Source: Octopus sinensis
Taxonomy: Eukaryota
Length of the DNA stretch: 64,000 nucleotides
Assembly: GCF_006345805.1 (NCBI RefSeq)
Contig: NC_042998.1
Location: 9,362,001 to 9,426,000, forward strand
Direction: 5' to 3'
This document shows positions 39,256-50,712 of the stretch, one piece after another; positions within the stretch are counted from its first letter, which is position 1, and each line of letters begins with the position of its first letter. The position numbers were made by a program, and so were the translations under genes. The notes under the pieces are model-generated. The model had not been told where the DNA came from. It ran no database searches and saw only the letters and a program-made list of their open reading frames with translations.

Positions 39256-39656
39256 ATATATGTACATATTCAAAATATGTGTAAAGACAATGTTGAGATA
39301 TTCAGTTAGACTATGGACATATTGGGTTAGCTGTATCATTTCAAGTTATTTTCAGTACCATTCTATTTCTTTAGAAGAGAAAATACTCAATTTTTAGGAA
39401 CCTTACTCATTTAAACACTTTTCCCCTTATATTTTGCATGTTAATATTTGTTGAGTGGGCAAGCTGGCAGAATCATTAGCACACCCAGCAAAACGTTTAA
39501 CGGTATTTTGTCACTTTACATTGAGTTCAAATTTCACCAAGGTTGATCTTAACTTTTATCCTCCCAGCGTTGATAAGTCAAGCACTAGGGTCAATGTAAT
39601 TGACTTAACCCTTCTCCCAAAATTACTGGCCATATGCCAAAATTTGAAACCAATAT

Positions 39657-40058
39657 TTATTTACATTCGACGGATATTTGTCCTCATCTTGTTTGTTGTT
39701 AACACACCATTTCAGCTGATATACCCTCCAGCCTTCTTCAGGTGTCTTGGGGAAACTTCAAACCTGGGTTCTCATATGCCCACGGGCATATGGCATAGTG
39801 GTTAAGAGTGCAAGCTACTAACCCCAAGATTCCGAGTTCAATTCCAAGCAGTGACCTGAACACTAACAATAATAATAATAATAACATTGAAAAATACCTT
39901 AGGAATGAGAACCCAGGTTCAAAATTTCTACAAGACACCTGATGAAGGCTGGAGGGTATATCAGCTGAAACGTTGTGTTAACAACAAACAAGATGAGGAC
40001 AAATATCCATCAAATGTAAATAATGTACGTAATTCCTCATCTCTTAAATATAGAACTG
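39657..40058 (+). mobile_element. Family H2: tRNA-headed, hammerhead-bearing element with inverted 5' duplication (Penelope-type architecture)
   Basis: A box TGGCATAGTGG at 39791-39801, B box GAGTTCAATTCC at 39834-39845, (AAT)n linker, hammerhead at 39934-39979. 39657-39775 is the reverse complement of 39905-40023 (10 differences in 119 bp). CAATATTTATTT occurs at 39651-39662 and 40059-40070. Confidence 0.85.
39934..39979 (+). ncRNA. Minimal type I hammerhead ribozyme with intact core
   Basis: Stem I GACAC/GTGTT; CTGATGA at 39939-39945; extra A; stem II GGCTGG/TCAGCT; GAAA at 39967-39970; palindromic AACGTT stem III; predicted GUU cleavage after 39974. Confidence 0.8.
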
Positions 40059-40726
40059 CAATATTTATTTCATTTGAACTGAAGTTTACTAAACTCTATC
40101 TTGACACTTATTTTTGAAATAAACAGTTCAAAAATTAATTTTTAAAAACTGGAAAGCAATCTCAGTAAACAAAAGTTTTATTGTCTCTTTTGTGTTTTTC
40201 ACATGTAAAAGACAATGCGTTAGTACAGAATGTAGAAATAGCCATAATTCATGTTTTTATCAAACCGAAGTATGTGTTGTGTTTGTTTTTATTGGGTTTT
40301 TTTTAATAGAACTGAATAAACTCTTGCACCAGAGCTATGAATGGTGTGAAAGTTATCTTTTTATAATCATAGCTTATAGGTTCTCAGTTTCCTAATTTCA
40401 GTTAAGCCTTTTGGCTTTTGGCCAAAACAGTTTTTACCAATTTTGCCAAATTGTCTTTCCCACAATCTTTCAACCCAATTCTATTAGCAGTATCCTTGCA
40501 GCTAAAGCCAAAACAGTCTACACGTCTTTACACTCCACTTGTTCTTACAAGTGCAATGCGTGCACGTTCATACAAAGGCTTGCCTACACGCATATGCAAA
40601 TATATTCCTTTTGTTTTTTTCTCTTTACATGGTTTTGTTAATTGTAATAAACAGTATGATCCCCTCAAAACTAACAGAACCAAATCAATTTCAATGCAGT
40701 TATTTTCATCATTGCTGGGTTGACTC

Positions 40727-40918
40727 ATTCTCTCACCCTCTCTTTCTCTCGCTCTCTCCCTCTTTCTCGTGCGCTCTCTCTCTTGCTCTCGCTTTCTCTC
40801 TTGCTCTCTCGCTCTCTCTATCTCTTGGTCTCTCGCTCTCTCTATCTCTTGCTCTTTTGCTCGCTCTCTCACTCTATCTATCTCTCTCTCTTGCTCTCTC
40901 GCTCTCTCGCACACACAC
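40727..40918 (+). repeat. Compound (CT)n microsatellite
   Basis: CT repeat with CTTG/CTCG interruptions. Confidence 0.9.
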
Positions 40919-41767
40919 ACAATTTGTCTCTCACCTTTTTTTGTCTTTCAGTGTGTGTGTCTCTTTCTTTCACTCTCTGCTCCCCCCCTCTCTACTTTCA
41001 AGTGGTTAGGGATTATCATTTTTAATGAACTTGTAAGTAAATATTCCTTGAATCATTCCTCGATCAGTACAATCTTGTTGAAATTATTTTGGTTCATGAC
41101 TATCACCTGGCAAAATTACCAAATTATTGGCTTCATCATTTCAGTTACTTCTTCCAAATCGCTGTTGTTGTGAAGGAGTCAGATTCTCTCGAGATTCAAT
41201 TATATGCCTGACCCCTTTTCTTCTTTCATATCAGTAACCATTCCTCTCATTACATACCATATCTATTTCTATGCTGATGAATTTTCCCCTACATGATTAT
41301 CATTCAACATGTATGCACCATTCACATAGTGTCTCTAACCACTTGCTTAACATTTTCCATTGAAGAATGCCATGAAGCATTCTGCATAGACTATTTAATG
41401 GTGAACTCCTGTTGAAGAGTGACAACACTTCAAGGAAGCATTAATATTTTTCTACATTAATAAATTATTAATGTGTCAAGTGTTCCATTTTACTGTTATT
41501 ACGCACTGCAGAGTATATCGTGTCTCTTGCATACAGTATTGGCTAAAATCTATAGGTATGTTCTTTAGTACATAATAGTAGTGGAACAAAAACATTTTTT
41601 AGTGCACCAGTGATTTAACAATCAAATTAACTTCCAGGAATGTCTTATAATATGCAGCTTGATCTGCTTAATTCAGTCAAGTATTTGCAGATTTTAAAGA
41701 GCTACTGTGAACAGTTAAAGTGGGTTTCAGTCACTGATGGAATCCCAACACAGAATTGAAGCTAATC

Positions 41768-42490
41768 AAGGGTGGCGAGGTGGCAGAAACGCTAGCACGC
41801 CGGGTGAAATGCTTAGCGGTATTTCGTCTGCTGCTACGTTCTGAGTTCAAATTCCGCCGAGGTCGACTTTGCCTTTCATCCTTTCGGGGTCGTTAAATTA
41901 AGTACCAGTTACGCACTGGGGTCGATGTAATTGACTTAATCTCTTTGTCTGTTCTTGTTTGTCCTCTCTGTGTTTAGCCCCTTGTGGGTAGTAAATAGGT
42001 ATTCGTCTAGCAGTTTGAGTTCGTTCCGCTGGGGTGCCTTTAATTGAATGTATCGATGTAATCGACTTAATTCTTTGTCTGTCTGTTTGTCCTCTCTGTG
42101 TTAGCCCTTGTGGGTAGTAAAGAAATAGGTATTTCGTCTGCAGCTACGTTCTGAGTTCAAATTCTGCCGAGGTCGGCTTTGCCTTTCATCCTTCGGGTCG
42201 TTAAATTAAGTACCAGTTACGTGAGTTACGATGGATCGACTTAATCTCTTTGTCTGTTCTTGTTTGTCCTCTCTGTGTTTAGCCCCTTGTGGGTAGTAAA
42301 GAAATAGGTATTTCGTCTGCAGCTACGTTCTGAGTTCAAATTCTGCCGAGGTCGACTTTGCCTTTCATCCTTTCGGGGTCGTTAAATTAAGTACCAGTTA
42401 CGCACTGGGGTCGATGTAATCGACTTAATCTCTTTGTCTGTTCTTGTTTGTTCCCTCTATGTTTAGCCCCTTGTGGGCAATAAAGAAATA
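41768..42490 (+). mobile_element. Family B SINE tetramer (one head plus four body units) under a single TSD
   Basis: Units start at 41818, 41998, 42128 and 42307; 16-bp TSD AGAATTGAAGCTAATC at 41752-41767 and 42491-42506. Confidence 0.85.
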
Positions 42491-42851
42491 AGAATTGAAG
42501 CTAATCCAGCTAATCCGCTTTTTTTTTTGTTTGCTTTGATTTGGTTTCTATTCACAAAGATATACTATGTATAAAAACAAGGCATTTGCTTGAATAAGTG
42601 TTTGTTGTACTGTGTTTGTTTTCTGTAGTACATACCAGCATTTCTGACATTGTCTTCACACTCCCCACTCTTAAGAAGCTCCCAATTGCATAGGTATAGG
42701 CTATATCTTTTTAGACCCAGAAATACTTGATATTTACCTTTTTACAAGGTACATACAAGCTTGGTGATTGATTACTGCTCCTACAGCTTGGATTGGGTTT
42801 ACATTCCTTCTAGATTGCTTCCTTGAAAATTGTTACCTACCTTTTTCATTA

Positions 42852-43013
42852 AGGAGTGGCTGTGTGGTAAGTAGCTTGCTTACAAACCACATGGTTCCGG
42901 GTTCAGTCCCACTGCGTGGCACCTTGCGCAAGTGTCTTCTACTATAGCCTCGTGCCGACCAATGCCTTGTGAGTGGATTTGGTAGACGGAAACTGAAAGA
43001 AGCCTGTCGTCTA

Positions 43014-43055
<42 letters not shown>

Positions 43056-43267
43056 TGTGCGTGTCTGTGTTTGTCCCCCTAGCATTACTTGACAACCAAT
43101 GCTGGTGTGTTTATGTCCCCATTATTTTGCGGTTCAGCAAAAGAGACTGATAGAATAAGTACTGGGCTTACAAAAGAATAAATTCCGGGGTCGAGTTGCT
43201 CGATTAAAGCCGGTGCTCCAGCATGGCCGCAGTCAAATGACTGAAACAAGTAAAAGAGTAAAAGAGT
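42852..43267 (+). mobile_element. Family A SINE
   Basis: Family match. Confidence 0.9.
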
Positions 43268-44873
43268 AACATACAATTCATTGATTAAAGTTGTATCTTT
43301 GTCACTAGTCTAACAACCCCTGAATTTCTGAAGATACCATCTCGGTAGATGTACTTGGCTTGTTTTTTATGCTACCTTATTGTTTCACCTCTCCCAATCT
43401 TACACCAAGCCTATTTCCTGAGACCATATTTCCTTGAAATGCTCTGCATTTTCCCTCTAACTTCTAATCTGCAACAAATCAAGTTAAATGTTCTATTTTC
43501 ATCCAATTGTCCCTAATTATTAATCTAAGAGTGGTAAAAACAGATGGGCACCTACTAATTAACACACACACACACACACACACACATAGTGCTTGAACAT
43601 AGTTGCAAGGGTGTTGCCATATTTTTTGAGCAGCTTCAAAACCAATTCAGCCAATAATTATCAAGAACCGTTTATTTCTTGTAACTGTCTTATTCGTTAT
43701 TGGAAGAAAATGGAGGCTAGTGAGAAAATATATGAACATTGTTGATACAATTTATCTTTTAATGTAATTAAGCTTCTCATCCAGTTAGTTATTTTGAGCA
43801 ATTAAATTCATTTTCTTTTTTCTTTTTCTATACTTAAGATCTGCTAAGACTTTGAGATATTCTAATAACTTACGCTGTCAAAAAGAAACTAAAAAGACAC
43901 TTATTTTCATGCACTCTAGCTATTGTTTTCTATACCTGTGATAAAACATGCTTGATACCTTCTATAAACGAACAGTATTTTAATTCTAATCCTTGAGTGG
44001 CACACAGATCATTAGCTGTAGATTCCAGATACTTTAGCAGCAGCAGTAGCAGCATTATCACCAAAATTGTCATTAAGATAATTTTCTTTAATGGAAGTTT
44101 TTAAAGATAGAAATAAAAGCAAAAAATTTAAAACATGCCATGCAAAATGAAATGGAAAAAGAGTTAGAAACTTTAAAATGTAATGTAAATTGCTTTTCAT
44201 TGAAAAATATGAATTAATACTAGAAGATAAGGTTTTGCATTTGCTTACTAATGCTTTCAACAGCATGATGACGAGAAGCAAATGAGATTCTTTTTTTTTT
44301 TTATCTTATCAGCTTTCTAATAATTGTCAGTAACGAGCAGATGTTCTTAATGATGGAAATGAAAAATAAATCATTTTAGTAGTTGTCTGTAAATTTGTTT
44401 TGATACTCAGCTTACATGCAGATATGCACATGTAAGTACATGCATCATGCTTCTGCATAATTTATATATCCTGTAAAGTGATTGATGTGAATGCTGGCTT
44501 CGGGAACAATAAAGATTACAGCTGGTGATGTAACAATGTTGTAACAATATCAGAGACTTGAGATGTACTGTGCATTGGTAGTCAGATGTTGAGGTCTGTT
44601 GGCTAAACGTATGTAAGATATGTGTACCTGTCTTTCTCTATTTCTCCTTGTTCATCTCTCTCTCTCTCTCTCTCTCTCAAACATGTAAGAGAGACAGTTT
44701 TGGATAGATAACAAATGATGAGTAGTCTTGGTACATACTGTTTGAAATGTGAACAGAAATTATAAAGGTATAATAAATCATAAAATACAACTTCATAGCC
44801 AAATTGGATTTGGAGGTTGGTGCAAACAGGTAACAATGAAAATGGAAAAGCATTGTATTTCAAGGAAATAAGA

Positions 44874-45271
44874 CTACTCTTTTACCTGTTTCAGTCATTT
44901 GACTGCGGCCATGCTGGAGCACCGCCTTTAGTCGAGGAAATCGACCCCGGGACTTATTCTTTGTAAGCCCAGTACTTATTTTATCGGTCTCTTTTGCCGA
45001 ACTGCTAAGTGACGGGGACGTAAACACACCAGCATCGGTTGTCAAGCAATGCTAGGGAGAGAAACACAGACACACAAACACACATACACATATATATACA
45101 TATATACGACAGGCTTCTTTCAGTTTCCGTCTACCAAATCCACTCACAAGGCATTGGCGGCCCGGGGCTTATAGCAGAAGACACTTGCCCAAGGTGCCAC
45201 GCAGTGGGACTGAACCCAGAACCATGTGGTTGGTTAGCAAGCTACTTATCACACAGCCACTCCTGTGCCTT
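44874..45271 (-). mobile_element. Family A SINE
   Basis: Family match on the minus strand. Confidence 0.9.
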
Positions 45272-45914
45272 TAGATATCTAAAACAAAATACTTAGCTGG
45301 CAACTATTATAATTTGAAACTAGATGGAATTCTAGGCAGGATAAGTCTAATGAAAAGAGTAGTTAGCTAGAAATTTGCTTGAAAAATGAGAGTTCAAGTG
45401 GTTTTAATTGGGAAACCTTGTGCAAGAACATATCTTGAGAGTACTGGAGAAGAGTATGGGAATATGAGTGCTGGCACTCTTCAACAATTTAAAAAACGAT
45501 GCTACTGATAAACTGCAGTTTGAATTGGACAGACAGACAGACAGAGAGAGAGTATATATTTCATATGGAACTGTCAGTATAATATTTGTAATGATAGTGG
45601 TGACTAAAGTATATCAGACTGTAAAACTTCAGGGCTCTCAGATACTTTCTGGGATCTTAACAAAACTTACCAAGAGTGAAGAATCAACCGGGAAAAGTTA
45701 CTTACTTGGTCAACCACATTCTATGGAGAGATGTTGTTTTGATGGCTGGTATAATAGCTGTATTTATGGCACAAAGCCATCACAGTAATGCCTATTCAAA
45801 AGGAATTAACACCAGTGCAGATTCATTAAAGCAGATGGTTGCAATGAGAATTCACTTCTCCTGCACCAACTGGCAGAAAGAGCAATAGGGAAGCCGGCGC
45901 AGTCAAGGATCCAG

Positions 45915-46800
45915 TGGTTGGAAGTGGCCTTTGTAGATCTGGCCAAGGTCTTCTATACAGTTTCACATTCACTTGTGTTTACAGGCCTGAGAAGACTTGG
46001 TTACCACGAGCATTTAGTCACACACTTGAAAGGACTCTATGAAGGTTGCACTACCAGATTCTCGGCCAGAGGTACAGTGAGTGACCCCATAGATATAAAG
46101 CGGGGGTGTCCAACAGGAGGATGCACTCTCACCTATCCTGTTCAACATTGCGACTGATCCGTTGCTGGATATTTTGCCCAGTGACTATGGTTTGCATCTT
46201 GATGGGGTAGTGGTGGTGGGTTTGGTGTACGCAGATGATTTGGTGCTGGTCTGAGATCGTATGGTGGACTGCAGAAGCTAATTGATAGCTGCATGATATT
46301 CTACCATATGGTGGGACTGGCTGTTAACATCTTGAAGTGCAGCTGGTTCACCATCAAAAGCTGGGGCATGTCCTTTGTGGTCAATATGGGCGCACCGCCG
46401 ATGATTGAACGAGTCCTACTGAAGTGTGTCGAACCAGGGGACAGTTTCCTACTTAGGGCTCCAGATTGACCCATGGATGAATTTGGTTTTGCCTCTAGAC
46501 AGGAAAAACACAGTGAAGCAAGTGTCATAGTGTGTTGATAGGATATGTCGGGCTTCACTGAAGTTCCAACAAAACTTCTTCCTTTTGCAGCAGTATTACC
46601 TGCCTAGGCTATTTTATAGCCTAACGCAGGTGATGCCTGCCGGAGGAATTCTTGAGAGGCTTCACACGGCCATCTGTGTGGAGCCTATAGGATGTTCTAT
46701 CTCTCAGAGATGACATCCAACCATTTCTTCTACAGTAGTAGGCGAGATGGTGGATTGAGTCTTTGCCAGTTGGCGAAGATCATTCCCAAAAATGTCATCC
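45915..46800 (+). mobile_element. Decayed R2-superfamily (RLE-type) non-LTR retrotransposon RT fragment
   Basis: Frameshifted motifs VAFVDLAKVFYTVSH, RG.QQEDALSPILFNI, LVYADDLVLV, LKFQQNFFLLQQYYLPRLFY, FYSSRRDGGLSL. Confidence 0.7.
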
Positions 46801-46944
46801 ACCTTAATCTTTGCTTGCTGATCACACCCCCAACATCTCTTCTAAAATATGAATAGCTTTGTAACCCCACTACAGCAAGAAGCCTGTTCTGCTCTGGCTC
46901 CCTCGCTTCTCCTTCATAAAGCAGCCTCTCTTGGAGGTCATAGT

Positions 46945-47143
46945 CTTGCAAGCTGCATGGTGATCTCACCAGGACTGGTGGCATGAAAAAAGCACCCAGC
47001 ACATTGGAAGGGCATTCAGCTATAGAAACTAGGCCAGAGTAGGCAGTGGAACATAATATCATCGTCCTTGGGCTCATCAGATCCTGTCAAACCATCCAAC
47101 ACACACCACCTTGGAACATAGGAAGTTAAATGATGTTGATGAT
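46945..47143 (+). mobile_element. Old family C-like RTE tail
   Basis: aaaagcaccca...gaagggcattcagc...ttaaatgatgttgatgat. Confidence 0.6.
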
Positions 47144-47473
47144 ATTTATTTATTCTGAGATAATCTTCCGTTTTCAAATTGATAAAAATACAAGATTGCA
47201 TATCATAAATTATTCTGGATACTTTTTTTTTTATTATTTTTAGACTTCAAAAAGTGACACAAGATGATAATTTAAAAATTATTCATAGATATGTCATGTT
47301 TGATAGACGAAAGAGGAAAAAATAAAATTGTAAACTAATAATAGTCAAAATACAGTTTGATAATATTATAAATAAAATGCTTATTGCTAAAATGTTAGAA
47401 ATTGTTTTATCTTTTGGTATCTGTTTGCATATTTATTTGGTTTATTTTTCTAGTTGTATTCAAATCTTGTGTT

Positions 47474-47508
<35 letters not shown>

Positions 47509-49227
47509 ACTAGGCTGCAAGACTTGTATGTAATCCACAGGTTACATCATGATTAATCTTACATATTTTTCTCTGAAAATTCTCAGAAAATGTTCCTGTA
47601 AATTATGATTTTGGACTATGGCAGGAAGTCTATAGAATGAAAGAATAGACCAAAAGCGTCAACTTCTGATATATGATATAAAGGAAATATTATTGATCTT
47701 ACTTCGTAAACTTTCTGCTATAGAACGTTCTGTTCCAAGAATTGTATCTATCTTCAGTCAGTGTGAAAATGATAGAATATTGTGACTTACACAGTATAAG
47801 GATATCAGTCACACGAGGTTAGATATAAAACTTCTTGAAACAGACAAATGTACCAAAAACTGGTCATGTTATATTTTACATCGAATGAAGAATATTAACT
47901 TTCTAGGAAAGGTTAAACTATCACACTGTATGTCTAAGATGTATATATGTAAAAACAAAAATAGCTCAAGTTGATCAAAACCCTTATCAAAACCGTGTAA
48001 ATATAAATCATTGCTATTATGCAAAAGTGTTGTAAGTCCGAAACGTGCTTTTCAGTGAACGAAAAATTAATTTCACCATTCCATAGCAAAACCATTGTAC
48101 TACACTTTGACAATTTTTGATATCTTAGCATCTGAAGCTGCTGGAGATACGATAGTTTGGCTAAAAGAACCAGCTATTGCAAGCAAGAATAAATATTGAA
48201 AAAAAATGCATTTGGCCAAATTTGGGCATACGACAGTTTAACATAATAACAACAAAATTAATTTCACTCTCTGACTGATGATCTCACCATTGATGCATTA
48301 ATGATATGATGAAGACATGGTTACATTGTTTGCAAGGAGATTATGGAATGTTCTCTAAAGCTCTTTCTTCTACTCATCTTAGATAACTGAATTAAGCATA
48401 TTTCTTCATGATAATACTTATTTAAAAGTACATTCTTCTGTTAGTGATATTTACTTTAGCAATTCATATGCAAATTTTCAAAATTTTTCCAGCCATAGTA
48501 ACAGTGAGATAGAATAAATCAAAGAGCATCTCTTAAAGAAATGATTATCATAAACCAAGCGAGTGATCTCTTTGTTCTCTTGAAAGACTTTAAAAGAAGT
48601 CTTTCAAATTCTTATAAGCAGTACACAATGAACTGCAGTTTTTTTTTACTTTCCCATTATGGCATTGTCATTGTAACTTATCGTAATAAAAAAATTTTTA
48701 AAAACTTATAATAAAAAAAAAATTTTGTTGATATTTCCATTAAGCCAATTAGAGTGATACTCATAAAATATTAATCTAAACAAATTACTGATCAGCTAAT
48801 TTTACTAGGCTTAAATATTTGATTAACCATATTGGCAAAGAAATTAAAGTTGAAATAGATTGAAATATAACAGGGTAGTCATTTTTTTACCATTTAAAAT
48901 GCTCACTAATCACTTTTTTAAAAGCCATTTTTTACTGCTTTTAATATTCTTCTGTCATATTAACTTGTCCATTGATACACTCAGTGAACAGAATGTATGT
49001 GTGATAGAGATGGATGGATGGGTTAAAAGGAAATCAGTAAAATAGTATACATTTTGTAATAGCATAAATATTGCTAGTGTGATACATTTTTATGTAGAGG
49101 GAAGTAGGCCAGCAGGTTTGTTAGTGTTGTGCAAAATACTTTAGGGTTACTTAGTTACAGTCCTTACATTCTGAGTTGAAATATTGCTAAGGCCAATTTT
49201 CATCATTCTAGGTGAAATAAAATAAGC

Positions 49228-49499
49228 AGCAGCACCGCCTTGGCTGGCTTCCGTGCTGGTGGCACGTTAAAAGCTCCAACCGATTGTGGCCGATGCCGGA
49301 CCCCCCTGGCACCTGTGCAGGTGGCACATAAAAAGCACCCACTACACTCACAGAGTGGTTGGCGTTAGGAAGGGCATCCAGCTGTAGAAACACTGCCAGA
49401 TCAGACTGGAGCCTGGTGCAGCCCCTGGCTTCCCAGACCCCGGTCGAACAGTCCAACCGTGCTAGCGTGGAAAACAGACATTAAATGATGATGATGATG
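49228..49499 (+). mobile_element. Family C copy
   Basis: Two modules plus (GAT)n tail. Confidence 0.85.
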
Positions 49500-50346
49500 A
49501 AAGTATTGGGGGTCAGTGTACTTGTCTGAGGCCCAACATCTTGATCAAGCCTCACCAATTTTTCCTTTATTTTCTTTGGTCTTCTTTTAGCTTGGTGCCT
49601 TCTGCTGTCAGCACAATACCTCCCCCCCCACATCAGTGTAGCAACTGCTCTTGCACATGCTAGTTGATGCCTTTAACATTCAGTCTCTTTCTCTTGCACC
49701 CTACTTGTTTTTGCAAGTTGATAATGTACATCCAACAGGTCTTATGAAAACCACATCTCTCCAGCCTCTGTAGGCTCCATTTTCACACTTATCATAATCT
49801 TGATACATGAATTTGTGAAACATGTCTAGCATACAAAGAGAAATCTTTTGTTGCCAGAAGAGTTTGTCTTTATTTCTTTAATTTTGAAAATTTTCCCAGT
49901 TGGTTAAAAATGTGAATTCCCAAAGTATTTTTCTTAATATTTTGCCAAACTCATCATGCCTTAAAATATTTGAACTCTCACTCCTATTGGCAAGAGTTCA
50001 GTGCTAATTTGTTTTAGTTTACAAAAATATCATATGTAACTTATAAGTAAAGACCTGAACCTTGATGTATTAAATTTAACTCGTTTCATCACTGCCAGTA
50101 TTGCCCATATGCTAAGGCTGGAATGTTTTTTTAGTTGCTATTTTAAAAGATATTTAAAGGTAGACTCTGTTAAAATGCCAATATATCTTAATTTATATTT
50201 TCCCAAATTTGCTTTAAGCACATAAACCACACACGTGTGCACATATAGACAGCTGTTACATTGATTCCAGTTGTTAATAGTGATTTGATTTTGTTTGGTG
50301 AGGCCAAGCATTTGAATTGTGCTTATTATAAATTGGATCCTCAGTT

Positions 50347-50712
50347 ATCATTGTTTTAACATCCACTTTTCCATGCAAGCATGGGTCGGGTAGAATTCTT
50401 TGGGACAGATTGTTTACAGCCAGTTGTCATTCCTGTGACCAACTCTCTCCTGTTTCCAAGCAAGGTAATATTTCCCTTGGCTAGACATATTTCCATGGGA
50501 GATTGGAAATGAAGGACACTGCTTGTATGGTGGTGACACTCATTTATAACTATCAAGCAATGTCAAGACAAGTACATATACATATGTATATATACACATC
50601 AGGCTCCTTTCAGTTTCCAGCCACCAAATATACTCACAAGGCTTTGGTCAACCCAGGGCTATTAGTAGAAGGCACTTACCCAGGGAGGGGCCATGCAATG
50701 AGAATGGACTGA
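50347..50712 (-). mobile_element. Family D SINE (A-type head domain, RTE-type tail)
   Basis: Left end matches the family C tail; right end matches the family A domain ttcagtttcc...cacaaggctttggtc. Confidence 0.7.

Noticed and set aside
39784-39856. Possible tRNA gene, and likewise the heads of families A, B and F
   Set aside because: The acceptor stem pairs poorly and each head runs into repeat body sequence; these are tRNA-derived promoters, not tRNA genes.
41818-42490. Ribozyme in the family B tandem unit (retrozyme hypothesis)
   Set aside because: I found no CUGANGA/GAAA core on either strand and could not build a convincing HDV-like fold by eye; a covariance search would be needed.
44012-44281. 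89-aa minus-strand ORF ending AATAAAKVSGIYS, and other short AT-rich ORFs
   Set aside because: No recognisable homology or splice context; consistent with chance ORFs.
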